DNA of 64,000 nt from Camelus dromedarius (taxonomy: Eukaryota): NCBI RefSeq assembly GCF_036321535.1, contig NC_087437.1, positions 10,852,001-10,916,000 on the forward strand, written 5' to 3'. Of the stretch, positions 63,823-64,000 are shown piece after piece (the stretch's first letter is position 1; every line of letters begins with the position of its first letter). The translations under genes were made by a program, and so were the position numbers. The notes below the pieces were generated by a model that did not search any database, was not told the origin of the DNA, and worked only from the letters and a program-made list of their open reading frames with translations.

Positions 63823-64000
63823 CTTGGCCAAGTGTCAAAAGCCTTCCTTGGTTTCCTCCAGCACCTGCCCCTCAGTGCCTTCCAAATGGCTGAATCTGGG
63901 CAGCTCTGACTGTTGAAAATTCTTCCTCGATCTCAGGGGAAACATTTCATCTTCCGTCTCCTTCCTGCTGACTCTACCACCACCCTGTGATGCTACATAA

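Noticed and set aside
1..64000. Prokaryotic-style systems (operons, CRISPR, IS elements, defence islands)
   Set aside because: The sequence is mammalian, with no gene-dense coding structure and no repeat-spacer array.

Overview
This is eukaryotic, not microbial, DNA: a repeat-rich, apparently non-coding (intergenic or deep-intronic) stretch of a placental mammal genome. It is most likely a camelid, judged from four tRNA-derived SINEs of the Vic-1 type and a young L1 3'-end family. I recognise no host protein-coding exon, RNA gene or CRISPR array, and I cannot name the locus. The longer ORFs are L1 remnants, translated microsatellites or chance ORFs in GC-rich DNA. Much of the window is L1 (one 4-kb internally deleted element, many 3' ends), MaLR/ERVL/ERV1 solo LTRs, MIR/L2, DNA-transposon MITEs and simple repeats. 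All repeat family names were assigned by eye, not by a database search. The best-supported unusual structures are: (1) a local inverted duplication with ~0.66-kb arms (54055-54713 and 56397-57247) around a 1.7-kb spacer; (2) three L1 insertions that carried foreign sequence (two 3' transductions and one young/old L1 chimera); (3) a twin-primed 5'-inverted L1; (4) a TSD-bounded L1 lacking its RT region; (5) an intact MER41-like solo LTR with a GAS/STAT motif; and (6) several motif-dense candidate enhancers or promoters. The sequence alone does not demonstrate a previously undescribed biological system; the inverted duplication is the best lead.
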